NCBI GenBank assembly: GCA_965285935.1
Contig: OZ260663.1
Span: 60,574,001 to 60,638,000, forward strand
DNA from: Ophelia neglecta
Lineage: Eukaryota
Direction: 5' to 3'
DNA: 64,000 nt
The notes under the pieces were generated by a model, which saw nothing but the letters and a program-made list of their open reading frames with translations, ran no database searches and was not told where the DNA came from. The position numbers and the translations under genes are program-made. The stretch's first letter is position 1. Every line of letters starts with the position of its first letter. Of the stretch, positions 12,813-24,797 are shown piece by piece.

Positions 12813-13400
12813 TTGCCTACATGGACTATGGCCCAAGCTGTACAGACCGCAGAGGGTTCTAGGTTTGTGATAATGAACCCAAGCCAAGTTAATCAACAGC
12901 AACTGCCTTGGGCATTAGCTCTGGAACAGGAGTTGGGAAATGTGAAAGCCCTTGCCCAGAAAAACGTGAATGCTGTGCAGAACCTCGCCGACTCGGTGGA
13001 CACCGACTCAGAAATTGAGTGGAAGAAAAAGGGTAACCGATAAAAGTATGAGACCAACCTAAAAGTAGTGAAGGCCAGGCGGCTTTCAACAAAGGAGACT
13101 CCGTTGCAGCCTGTAGACACCTTGAATCAGGTATGGAAAATATGCACCATAGGCAGAAAATGATAAGGTTTGCTGATTCATCTGATGAAGGTTGGAGAGC
13201 TGTCGACGCCTATGAGAGGCTGACTATTGCTGAAAATGAGGACATGGACAAAAAGCTCAGGAAGGCCCGTAAGGATGCTTGTCAGGAGCTGGATGCCCAG
13301 AAGGAAAGTGTCAAGAAAATACGCAAATTCTCTGGGAATAGTTACGGGGGACCGTACAGGCGCCAGTTCAGAAACATTGCAAACTTCAAAAATCATGGCT
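12813..13400 (+). mobile_element. DIRS-type gag-like ORF remnant B (different family)
   Basis: Motifs WKKKGN and RQKMIRFADSSDEGWRAVDAYE...IAENEDMDKKLRKA. Confidence 0.75.
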
Positions 13401-13423
13401 ATGTGTTACGTATTATTTCCTAG

Positions 13424-13625
13424 GCCAAATGTTCTGCACTAATGGCAGCAGGTGTGATCTGGTGGTGTACACTTTGAATGACATGAAAATCATTCCAGTC
13501 CTAAGAGATGATGACTTTATTGCCGTTACGGTATCTCAGCTCGAGGAGTTCTTTAAAGAATATTTTCCTGGTGCTTTGCTGTCTGCCAAGTTTTACAAAA
13601 AATATGTCCTAACCTTTGATAAGCT
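13424..13625 (+). mobile_element. YqaJ/lambda-exonuclease C-terminal exon (likely the same element as the SWIM ORF at 8769)
   Basis: Acceptor tttcctag, then GQMFCTNGSRCDLVVYT...V.RDDDFI...L..FF, the typical C-terminus of transposon YqaJ domains. Confidence 0.7.
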
Positions 13626-14029
13626 TGGGTTTTTTTCATTGATTGCCAACAATTTCCATTTAATAAATGTGCATCTGTTGTGCATGAAGATTACAGTATT
13701 AACAGGTTGAATTGAAAGTGCAGGGCACTTGATTTATATTGCTGCAATACCTTGTTACCCTTTGCACCCACCAGAATTACCAACAGTTAAGATGGTGACA
13801 CACTGAACAAAAAAACATATACCTTTTTTAATCAGAATATTAGTTGGTTATTGATAAACATAATTTCATAAACACCAACTTGATTCCCCACATGTATATT
13901 GTCTCTCATTCAATGAGGAGGGCAATTGTAGAAGATAGGGATATCAATCTAACTTCCTTGCTGTGACCTGGGTATGAATTTGATACAGACAAGACAGATT
14001 ATCATGTTAAAGTACATTCACCATCAAAT

Positions 14030-14330
14030 AAGTCAGATGATACAAGGCTCTATGACAAAATTGACATTATCTGAATTTTTGCCTGCCTTTACTAAATATA
14101 AAAGAATAATGTGTGAAGCCTATCCACAAAGGCAAAAGGAGCTAGACATGTACGAAGGAATTGTAATAAACATTTACAATAGCCACGGTATGATGGACGC
14201 GTATGAATGTGCTAAATGTACAGAAGTACTACATCAAAAAAATGTCAAGGTGGATTGGTCTGTGATGGACACAAGACTTTATGGCCTAGTCACAAGGCAA
14301 AACCTGTTCAAAAAGAATGTCAGAATGCAT
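14030..14330 (+). mobile_element. DIRS-type gag-like ORF remnant C
   Basis: Motifs LTLSEFLPAFTKYKRIMCEAYPQRQKELDMYE and KVDWSVMDTRLY. Confidence 0.7.
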
Positions 14331-14369
14331 TTTTGATAAAAACTAAGTTAACATACACCCAAAGATGCT

Positions 14370-15010
14370 TTATTTCAAGAAAAAATGATATTCTTGTGAA
14401 GCATTCAGTAATTGGAATAACTGATGATAATGCAAGGGATGCTGCAGGGGTAAAAGCATTTGAGGATGAAGCTATTAATATACTAGCCAAGTCCAGAGAG
14501 CATGTGACCACAATCAGTAAGTGGACGGATGGATGCACTTAGATTATCAAGAGAAGTATGCATTCTTAGATATCAATTTAAGAATAATGAAATTACAAGA
14601 AACTATCTTGAAACATCCCATGGTTAATCTGTCTGCGATGGACTGGGATGAGTAGTTAAAAATTGTGAAGTAAAAAAGAAGTAATTGGGAACACCACAAA
14701 GATTTGTTTGACCTCTGTGAGAGATAAATGAGCCATGGGGATAAAGTAACATATACAGATGGACATACAACACATATATCCCGGCGAGGCTTTGTGTTTG
14801 TTAACAAATGTGATGTCAATCATACTCCCAGAAAAGTGAAGGACATTGTCTGGAACAAGGAAATTGCAATGTGTAAGGAGCACTGTTCAGAAAATGAGAC
14901 TCAAAGTAAGAAAACCATCCTGCTACTGTGATAACTGTACTTGAACTGGAAATTGTCGTAACAGCGAGTATGTTTCTCCAATGAGGTTTGTCAGTTTAGA
15001 GGCACTAAAA
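14370..15010 (+). mobile_element. Degenerate DDD transposase, Sola2-like
   Basis: Reading across stops and frameshifts gives ITDD..RDAAGV..F, WTDGC, RNYLETSHG*SVCDGLG*VVK and a C-terminal CYCDNC. Assignment to Sola2 is from memory of the SHGK.CDG motif. Confidence 0.6.
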
Positions 15011-15847
15011 CACAATGTATCATTTTATTTCAATGTTGTCCCTTACCTTATGATATATCTACTCAATCAACAAGAATCAATTTATCAAGTGTTCACATCA
15101 CTGGTGTCATTTATATCATTAGCTTTAACACAGCTTTACCAAAAAAAACTTAATATTCTCTGTAAGTGTGCGGAGAACAAGAACTGTACAATATACTTAC
15201 TCTTAATCTACTTGAACAACGATAAAACGGGAAATCATTGGGATAAGGAATTTTCAGTTCGCTCGAAGATAATCGTGTGGATTTGGCTATGTCTTCTACG
15301 TTAGACGAGATATTTGTGTAGGCATCCCCTTCATTTCAGGGAGATGACTTTGCGTGGAATATGCAAATTGCATAAATCTGTCTCGATGACCCCCTATGAT
15401 ATGGACAATCCCTCAAACTGAACAGTGGCTCAATGACAAGAAGAACTAGCAAATGTAAGCATTACAGGTTCAGCCACACTTCCCAAAGCCATTTTAAAAC
15501 AACTATTCTTGGATAACGTGGGTGTCGCTTAAAGTTGAACCACTAGTAAAACCTGCAGTGCTACAGTCACCGCTGTTTCTAACGCAGAGTCGGACTTAAA
15601 GCCCAGAGATGTTCAAAATGCACCAAGCGGTTCAAATAATTCTGTGGGAGGCCTTATAGCGGATTCAGCAACTAATTTAAGCAGAGAAGGGACCAGACTA
15701 TTTTTTGAGAGTCATCCATGAATGAAAGCTTATGCAAATAAGTTTACTAAAGCTACTGCATGTACCATCAGGCCAATATCATCATACTGGTATGCCCCAT
15801 ACAGCAGTTTGAACAATTCTTAACTGTTTTTTTCTTTTTTCTTTAGC

Positions 15848-16080
15848 CTGCGCTGCCGATGGGAGCATAGCGACCCCTTATGTCAATTTCAAGGGAAAGA
15901 GGAAGCTAGGGGAAACCTGCCCATTCAAGGAGTCACCGCCAAAGTTCAGCCAAAGGGATGGATGGACGAATCTGGCTGCCTTGAGTGGGTAAGAAGCACC
16001 TGTCCTCGTGACACAGCCCATGCAAGCTTCTCGTCTGGGACTCGTTTTCTGCCCATGTCACCAGCGCAGTGAAGTCAGAG
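15848..16080 (+). mobile_element. pogo DDE_1 transposase fragment (copy 1, empty LINE site)
   Basis: Acceptor tctttag, then CAADGS..PYVNFKGKR...QPKGWMDESGCLEW..KLLVWDSFSAH. Confidence 0.85.
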
Positions 16081-16881
16081 TGAGAGATAAATGAGCCATG
16101 TGGATAAAGTAACATATACAGATGGACATACAACACATATATCCCGGCGAGACTTCGGGTTTGTTAACAAATGTGATGTCAATCATACTCCCAGAAAAGT
16201 GAAGGGCTTTGTCTGGAACAAGAAAATTGCAATGTGTAAGGAGCACTGTTCAGAAATGAGACTCAAAGTAAGAAAACCATCCTGCTACTGTGATAACTGT
16301 ACTTGAACTGGAAATTGTCGTAACAGTGAGTGTGTTTCTCCAATGAGGTTTGTCAGTTTAGAGGCACTAAAACACAATGTATCATTTTATTTCAATGTTG
16401 TCCCTTATGATATATCTACTAAATCAACAAGATTCAATTTATCAAGTGTTCACATCACTTGTGTCATTTATATCATTAGCTTTAACACAGCTTTACCAAA
16501 AAAAACCTTAATATTCTCTGTAAGTGTGCAGAGAACAAGTACTGTACAATATACTCACTCTTATTCTACTTGAACAACGACAAAACGGGAAATCATTGGG
16601 ATAAGGAATTTTAAGTGCGCTCGAAGATAATCGTGTGGGTTTGGCTTTGTCTTCTACGTTAGATGAGATATTTGTGTAGGCATTACCTTTATTTCAGGGA
16701 GATGGCTTTGCGTGGAATATGCAAATCGCATAAATCTGTCTCGAGGACCACCTATGATATGGACAATCCCTCAAACTGAACAGTGGCTCAATGACAAGAA
16801 GAAGTAGCAAATGTAGGCATTACGGTTTCAGCCACACTTCCCAAAGCCATTTTAAAACAACGATTTTTTCGATATCGTGGG

Positions 16882-17958
16882 TGTAACGTACCTCCTATTT
16901 TTTTTTTTTTTATAGTAGATTAGGCATTAGGCAATAGATTGTAGGACTAGCCTTTTTGTATAGGAACATTGCCCAACTATGACCCCTTAGGAACCCTAAT
17001 ACCGCCAAAGATGTAAGTAGAAGTTACAAGTTATATATGTGTCAAGATGTAGGGTTTGTGCTCAAGGTCAACTTTCATATCACTCTATTATATTTTATGT
17101 CAAATTTCTTGTATTTAAATCCATGTTGTAGAAGGCCACTGTAATACACTGGTCATAGCAAGAGGTCATGTATGCATGTAGCAGCCCACTTCAATGTACA
17201 TGCATTCGCTCAGTTGAGCTATGTTTAGAGTAGCCACTGGCCTCCCTGAACCTTATGCAGAGTGAGATGCGGGTCAGAAGGTCATAAAGTTTGTCGTGGG
17301 TGGTAGACGGCACACCAGTGGGGACAATTCTTAGCTTAATCTAATGTAGAACCAAGCATAGGCCTATACGTTCTGTCAGTAAAGTTTATAAAGTACCATG
17401 TAAATGGATAAAGTTTATGTATATGTATATGTATTCTATAGCTAAACTTTTAACATGCCAGACAGGCTTAATTTATTTGTATTGCTTGGTCTGTATATCT
17501 GTGCAGTATGTAAGCACGTATATTATCTAGCTGTCACTCAATATCTTCTGTGTTAAGGCCATTTTATCTCTCACTACAAACATACGTCTCTGGATATTTC
17601 ATAACCCTTCTGTTTGTGCCTATATGGTTTATTATTATGTGTTATTCTAGCTTTTTCACTATTATAAGGAGTGCCTGTTTTTGCTAGTGCCTATGGAAAT
17701 GTATAGTATGGGTTTTTCGCTCTTTGCAGTTGTAACCGTCAAGCGTCAAGCCTATATCCCACCATTTTCAATTACAAAAATTTATAACATTTACCATTCA
17801 AATAACACACCATTCAATTGCATCCACATTCCATAATGTCTATATCATAATAAATTTTTACAAAAGTAAGACGCGTATACATTCTTTGGCAAGTTTAACC
17901 TCTTTTTGTATCACACCTAAAAATACTCCTCTAACGACAGCACGGGCTGTGCGTTATA
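16882..17958 (+). mobile_element. Probable solo LTR (Gypsy-like termini)
   Basis: Starts TGTAACGTAC and ends GTGCGTTATA (8/10 inverted match), with AATAAA near the 3' end. Absent from the paralogous copy 1. TSD imperfect. Confidence 0.6.
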
Positions 17959-18576
17959 TGGACAGTGGATCAATTACGAGAAGAACTAGCAAATGTAGGA
18001 ATTACGGTTTCAGCCACCCTAAGCCATTTTAAAACAACTCATTGCTCAATGACAAGAAGAACTAGCAAATGTAAGCATTACAGGTTCAGCCACACTTCCC
18101 AAAGCCATTTTAAAACAACTATTCTTGGATAACGTGGGTGTTGCTAAAAGTCGAACCACACGTAAAACCCCCAGTGCTACAATCACTGCTGTTTCCAAGG
18201 CAGAGTCAGACCTAACAGCCAGAGATGTTCAAAATGCACCAAGCTTTCAAATAATTCTGTGGGAGGCCTTATAGCTGATTCAGCAACTAATTTAAGCAGA
18301 GAAGGGACCAGACTACTGAGAGTCATCCATAAATGAAAGCATAAATGCAAATAAGATACTAAAGCTACTGCATGTACCATCAGGCCAATATCAACATACT
18401 GGTATGCCCCATACAGCAGTTTGAACAATTCTTAACTGTTTTTTTTTCTTTTTCTTTAGCCTGCGCTGCCGATGGGAGCATAGCGACCCCTTATGTCAAT
18501 TTCAAGAGAAAGAGGAAGCTAGGGGAAACCTGCCGCATTCAAGGAGTCATCGCCAAAGTTCAGCCAAAGGGATGGA

Positions 18577-21372
18577 TTTTTTTTTTTTTTTTTTTTTTTT
18601 TTACATTCATTAAGCATATATACAAGTATGACGATTTCAATCAACTTCACTGTCTATTTGAAACATTTGTTCCAAATTGGTAAAATGTCTTTAAATTAGC
18701 AAGTTTTGAAAGTAACATATTCCAATACCTTAGTTTGCACATTGTTTCATCAAGGCTAAATGATTTTGTCTGCATGGGACTATCATTATTTTTACACCAG
18801 TTTACATAGATACTATACAAAATTATGCTTATTAGTACATTCCTAAATTTAGAATGGATGTTTTTACATGTGAATCCTAATACAAGATGTTTCCATTGTA
18901 TGTTACAATTAATGCGTTCACCTATAAACTGCCAAATGCTTTGCACAAATTTACAAGAGTAATATATGTGCATTACATCTTCCATCTCACCACATATCAA
19001 GCATGTATCATTTTCTATAATTTTCCACTTTTTCAGCACACTTCTGCTGATTAATAATTTATGAATTAGTTTGTAATTAAGTTCAGATAATTTTGCATCA
19101 GGCATAGAATGGACTTTCCACATATAGATTTCACCCCATTCTTTACATTCAATTTTAATCTGAAATACTTTCTCCCAATACTTTTCAACATAGGACCTTT
19201 CGAAGTGTTTACTTTTAAGAACCTGGTAGTACATACGTGACTTAATGACACTTATACTGTTCAAATCTGTATATAATTTATCAATATAAATATAACATTT
19301 TGGAATGCAATTTCTCATGTACCTACATTTGTAAAGGTGGATACCATGATACTTCACAATGTTTTTAGTAACTTTCCTAATCTGTATGTATTCGCTTAGC
19401 CAGTTTACTTTACTCTGTAATATATTGAAACAATGATTTTCTTGCAAAAGAGTTCCATCGTTATTAAACAAATCCTTGACATACAAAATTCCAGACTTTA
19501 TCCAATTTTTAAATAGTAGGCATTTTCCATTTATATTGAGCAATGAGTTACACCACAGTGGTTGGTTAAGAACATCATACGTATTCATGTTTTGCAAATC
19601 ATTACGAACATGCTTACATTGAAAAAAAGAGCACATAGCTTGTATATAAAAAGTTGGCAGGCATAGAATAGTATCTACTTCTTTTCTGTCAGTAAAGTAG
19701 CATTTTAATAAGTATTCAAAATTTAAACCATGTTTATGTAAACAGTGGTTAACAATGTTAAGTAATGACGAGTTTTTCAGTATATGACCAACCCATACAG
19801 CCTGCTGTGCTTTAATTTTACTAAACAGATCAACCATATTGAGGCCTCCATCTTTATAGTCACCTATCATGGTGTTTCGCTTAATACGGTCTTTTTTGTT
19901 CCAAATATAATTATATATAACTCTTTGTACTTTTACAATGTATTCAGTAGGCATCTCAAGAATGCTGCTGACATATACAATTTGAGAAATTGCAAAAGTT
20001 TTTACAATGTAGATTTTGCCTCTCAGTGATAATTTTCTGGATTTCCAGACATTGAGAGACATTTCTAATTTCTTAATTTTGTTCATCCAGTTCATAGCAT
20101 TGCATTCTATCCGGTCATGACCAATATAGATACCCAAACATCTTATTGCACCATTTGTAAACTTAATACCATTAAATACATTGGGAAAATCTCTATATTT
20201 GCCAAGCCATATACCTTCACACTTTTCCAGGTTCAATTTTAAGCCAGAAACTGAACAGAAAGATTCAATAACATTAAAAGCATTTACAATTGAGTCCAAA
20301 TCTAGCAAAGCTAGGGTAGAGTCATCTGCATACATGGACACTTTAATCTCTTCATTGCAGAATTTAAAACCACAAATGTTAGAATTATTTCGTATATTAA
20401 TTGCCATAATTTCAAGTGATATTATGAATAACAGAGCTGAGATTGGACATCCCTGTCTTATACCTCGCGAAGTTTCAAAGGAGCATGACAACCACCCATT
20501 ATTCTTTATCAGCATTGTCGGACTATTATATAATATTTTCATCCAGGTAATGAAATATTCACCAAAACCAAATTTATGCAATACCCTAAACATAAAATTC
20601 CAATGTAATCTGTCAAAGGCCTTTTCAAAGTCAAGACATACCAGAGCTCCCTGCCCGTCTGTATTATTACAGTAATCAAATATATCTTGAATTATTCTTG
20701 CATTAATTCCAATGTATCTCCCTTTAATGTACCCACTCTGATTATTATGTATTATGTTGTAAATAACCTTTTGCAATCTTCTAGAAAGAACAAAAGCAAT
20801 AATTTTATAGTCATAATTAGTCAATGATATTGGCCGGTAGTTTTTCAATAAATCCCTTGGTCCTTTCTTATGAAGTAATGCCAATACTGCATGTCTCATA
20901 GATGGAGACATGATACCCGCTTCAAAAGTTTCTGCTACCATGTCAAAAAAAGAATTCTTCAATACATGCCAGAAGGCCTTGTAAAATTCTGGTGTGAGGC
21001 CATCAAGCCCTGGTGATTTACCGTCTTTCATACTTATAACAGCTTGATACAATTCATCTCCAGTTATTACACCTTCGATCATACTCATGTCATTGGCACT
21101 CAATTTTGGAGTTGGTACATTTTGCAAATAATTATCAATGTCATCAGTAGATATAGTTTCACTCTCGTACAAATTTCTATAAAATGTGACACATTCTTTA
21201 AGAATACTACTATTATCTTCGGCTGAATAATTTTCATATGTTATTTTACGAATCACATTGTTTGTTTGTCTGGACTTCTCTAAACCACAAAAATATTTGG
21301 TGGACTTTTCTCCTTTTTCACTCCAATTTACTTTCGATCGAATTATAGTACCACTTGTTACTTCATCTTCTT
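18577..21372 (-). mobile_element. 5'-truncated L1/Tx1-clade LINE with intact RT-zf ORF2 portion
   Basis: Motifs GEKSTKYF, KSPGLDGL, NYRPISL, DFEKAFDR, GIRQGCPIS, YADD and C-terminal CxxC..H...C. Stop at 18647, poly(A) = T run 18577-18602, 12-bp TSD CAAAGGGATGGA (18565-18576, 21373-21384). No endonuclease domain. Confidence 0.96.
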
Positions 21373-21920
21373 CAAAGGGATGGATGGACGAATCTGAGTG
21401 GGTAAGAAGCATCTGTCCCCATGACAGCCCATGCAAGCTTCTCGTCTGGGACTCGTTTTCAGCCCATGTCACCAGCGCAGCGAAGTCAGAGTTAGCCAGA
21501 CGCAACGTTGATGTGGCCATCATCGCAGGCGGACCAACCTCCCTTCTACAGCCCCTCGACGTAGCTTTTAACAAGCCGGTCAAGGACAGCGAGCGTGGTG
21601 CCTGGAACCAGTGGACTAGTGAGGGCGAGCATACCTTCACCCCGGCTGGCCACCAGCGTGCCCCCTCCAAGGAGATGGTCCTTCGCTGGCTGAAGGATGC
21701 ATGGACCACCCTGCCCTCTAGCACCATCTAGAAGGCATTCCGGAAAACCGGGATATCCAACGCCTTGGACGGCACCCAGGATGACTCACTCTGGGAAGAG
21801 TCAGACCACGAGTCAGACAACGAGTCAGATACAGAACTTGACATCTCAGATACGTCAAATTTCTATGTAGAGGCTATGTTCGGTGCTTCTGACCCTGAAG
21901 ATGAGGATCCGAGTCCTGAG
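21373..21920 (+). mobile_element. pogo DDE_1 transposase remnant (copy 2, downstream of the LINE; upstream part 18460-18576)
   Basis: Motifs KGWMD, LLVWDSFSAH, TSLLQPLDVAFNKP, FRKTGI.NALDGTQDD and an acidic tail, with a stop at ~21729. Confidence 0.9.
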
Positions 21921-22149
21921 TTTAGACTTTGCAGCCATGAACTCTCATGCTATATGCATTGGTAGACGTAGAACTTTTGTGTTCTGTATAGATAGTAAGC
22001 ATGTAAATATGCGTGTAAATATGTTGTACTTTAAAAAATGAAATGTCATTGGGATTTTAGTTTTTGGTTTCTCTAAGTCTAAAAATGCGTGACCGTGGTG
22101 GTGGGTTTTATATGGAAAGAGAGAACTAAGAGAAATATCAATGACAGCG

Positions 22150-23003
22150 CCTTACGAAGTGGACTAGCAACAACAAAGCTTGGATGACAAGTGAAGTATT
22201 CAGAGACTGGTTAAAGGCTTTTAACACCAAAATGAGAGCCCAGAACAGGCATGCCTTGATGATGCTGGAAACGCCCCTTCCCACCCACAAGATGTCAAGC
22301 TCATCAATGTGAAGATAGCCTTCTTTCCTGCCAACACTACCTCCATACTACAACCTTTGGATCAGGGAGTGATCCATACCTTTAGGGCTATCTACAGAAA
22401 GAATCTCCTGCAGCATGTACTAACTCTGCTGGACTCCCAAGATGCCCCATGCCCTATCTCAGATCCATCTCACTGCTGGATGCCTGCTATTGGACCCATT
22501 GTGCCATCAGGTAAATTCAACCAGAGACAGTTATGAAGTGTTTCGCCCTCTGTGGGTTCATTACAGATCTCGAGGAAGTCACTGACCACAACCCTTGCCC
22601 TCAGGACGCCCTGCTGGACCTAAACACTGTAGCCTATACCCCAAGCAACTTCTATATCAAAGACTACATGGCCATAGACGAATACGCCCCAGCAAACGAG
22701 GAGCTGGCAACAGGACGGGGTGAGCAGCTTGTAACGGACCTAATCACAGAGCGGCAGGAAGTGGAGGCTACCCATAAAGAGGAGGGTGAAGAAGACGATG
22801 AGCCATTCATTACCTGTGTCATCACCTCAGTGGGTCAGGTTCTGTATCTAGCAAAAGAGCTGCAGTTGTTTGCTACAATGCAGGCTGACACCAATCTGGC
22901 AGATTGCATGTCAGAGTCAATTGAACTTCTGACTTAGATGTACATCCCTGGCAAGATATCAACAAAGCAGCCCACTATCCATTCCTTTTTCGCCAAGAAA
23001 TGA
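22150..23003 (+). mobile_element. Tigger-type DDE_1 transposase remnant
   Basis: Motifs NNKAWMTSEVFRDWL, FFPANTTSILQPLDQGVI and terminal KQPTIHSFF, with frameshifts. Confidence 0.85.
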
Positions 23004-23384
23004 TATGATAAAACTACTTTGTGTGACAAAAAGTTATAGAACATTGTGCTACATCATTTGAGCAAGCAAATGACAGGACACTTTGTGTGGCATAATGTGG
23101 TAAATGGTTAATGTATGTGATAGGACACTCGTTCTGTGTGATGTGAGTTTTTATTACTTATATTTATTTATTGCAAGTAAATATTTGTATCTATTCATTT
23201 TTATGTAAGAATAAAACATTAAATTTAAGTATGGTCATTGGTGTCTCAATCACATAATAATCATGCTAAAAGCCAGAGTCAGAGAACTCACAGATCATGA
23301 AACTTTGAATAGTGTGGAAACATGGCAACGAAATCTTATTTTTGCGCCTTCCTTGCATAAACCTTTTTTCAGGCTTGCAATTGA

Positions 23385-24060
23385 TATGGGTAATCCATGT
23401 AACCCCAACAAGAACCCAATGGCAGAAAGAGCCATTCAGGAGCTTTATTCTGAACTCTCAAAAATGGACCCCATGTGTGGCCCAGTCACTTCTGCCCAGC
23501 TGGCCATTGCAACTTGCAGCCAAAAGATCCGGGGCAGAGGCCTGTCCGCAAGAGAAATATACAGACCCAGCGAGACCAATTTACCACAGAACAATTGCCA
23601 GTCCAGTATCAGTCACTCATTAAGAAACAGCATGAAACTCGCCTGGATAATCACAGTGCCAAGGCCCAAGCCAAGGGTTCTGGGCCAAGGGTACTGGGCC
23701 AAGGGCCCCACCCATTCTCCATGTTGGAGATATTGTCTACCCCTGGAACGACCGAAACAAAATCAATGGCCACGACCGATACCTTGTCACTGATGTCACA
23801 GATGGTTGGTGTCACATTCAGAAATTCATGGGTTCACAGCTCTGAGCCCAATCATACAAGGTCCTACTGAGCGAGTACTTCAAAGTATATGTTTAAACCA
23901 AAGTATTCTCATATGAAGATATGCCACACACTCCGATCTTCCCTCCGACTGAGGAAGATAATGACGACGACAAGTCCAGAGACTCAGAGGATCCTGGTCC
24001 AAGACGCTAATGACGTTCCCGTCATACGCCAAGACACGTCAATGACTATGAACGATTTTA
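23385..24060 (+). mobile_element. Gypsy-like LTR retrotransposon integrase/C-terminal remnant
   Basis: Motifs NPNKNPMAERAIQEL, IRGRGLSARE, QRDQFT.EQLP, VGDIVY and RKFMGSQL, spread over shifted frames. Confidence 0.65.
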
Positions 24061-24797
24061 GATTGAACATTAAATAAGATAATTTACAAATTAAAATTTT
24101 TGCCAGCTATTTTAAGACATTGGCTTTCATAAAAGAAGGAAAGAAAGGAATATTACGCCATGCAGTAGTATTCAATTGAGTATAATGAATTTGCATTACA
24201 ACTCACCAGGGGTCGTATGGCCTTATTGTGAGCGATAATAGAGTCCCAGTATTACATCAAGATTGACCTGGTGTTATTTATGTGAGATCAATAGACAGCC
24301 AAAGGTTGTTAGTGGTCAGTAAAATCAACAGGTGATAGTTGTCGGGGAGGACTGCTCTATGCCAAGTTTCTCATTTGTATTTAAAATTATCCATTCAAGT
24401 GATTCGGTAAAAAAACATTTGAATAAGCCATGACACTGAGAGTGTGCCTCAAAAACAATAGAACCAACCACTCCTTGATAAAAATCATTTGCGCTATCAA
24501 GGAGGGGTTCTACTGCATTATACCACATCATGAACGTCTGGAAATAAAGTACAATGTTTGCACTATTCTTATGAACAATACAAAAGTTAAAACACTCTAA
24601 TCTATAAAGAAATGATAAAAAGTTAAGAAATGACTGTCATGAACAGGCAAAACACTTGTTTAACATGCTAAAAAATCATGCACTTATTGCCTAATAATCC
24701 TTGCCTTTTTCAGATTTCATTAATCTTTTCAATGGTTATATATCTGTTCCAGAGATCACTTTCCCCATATAAAATTCCCCTTGAAGGAAAAGGCGTG

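Larger units (their letters stand above)
14718..21490. repeat. Tandem duplication of a ~1.36-kb unit (copy 1 14718-16078; copy 2 from 16079, expanded by LTR and LINE insertions)
   Basis: 14718-15525 matches 16079-16881. 15428-15962 matches 18045-18576. 15951-16080 matches 21373-21491. Confidence 0.9.

Noticed and set aside
18647-21727. Full-length 1026-aa novel RT gene
   Set aside because: The N-terminal ~118 aa is antisense pogo sequence beyond the TSD. It is a truncated LINE, not a conserved gene.
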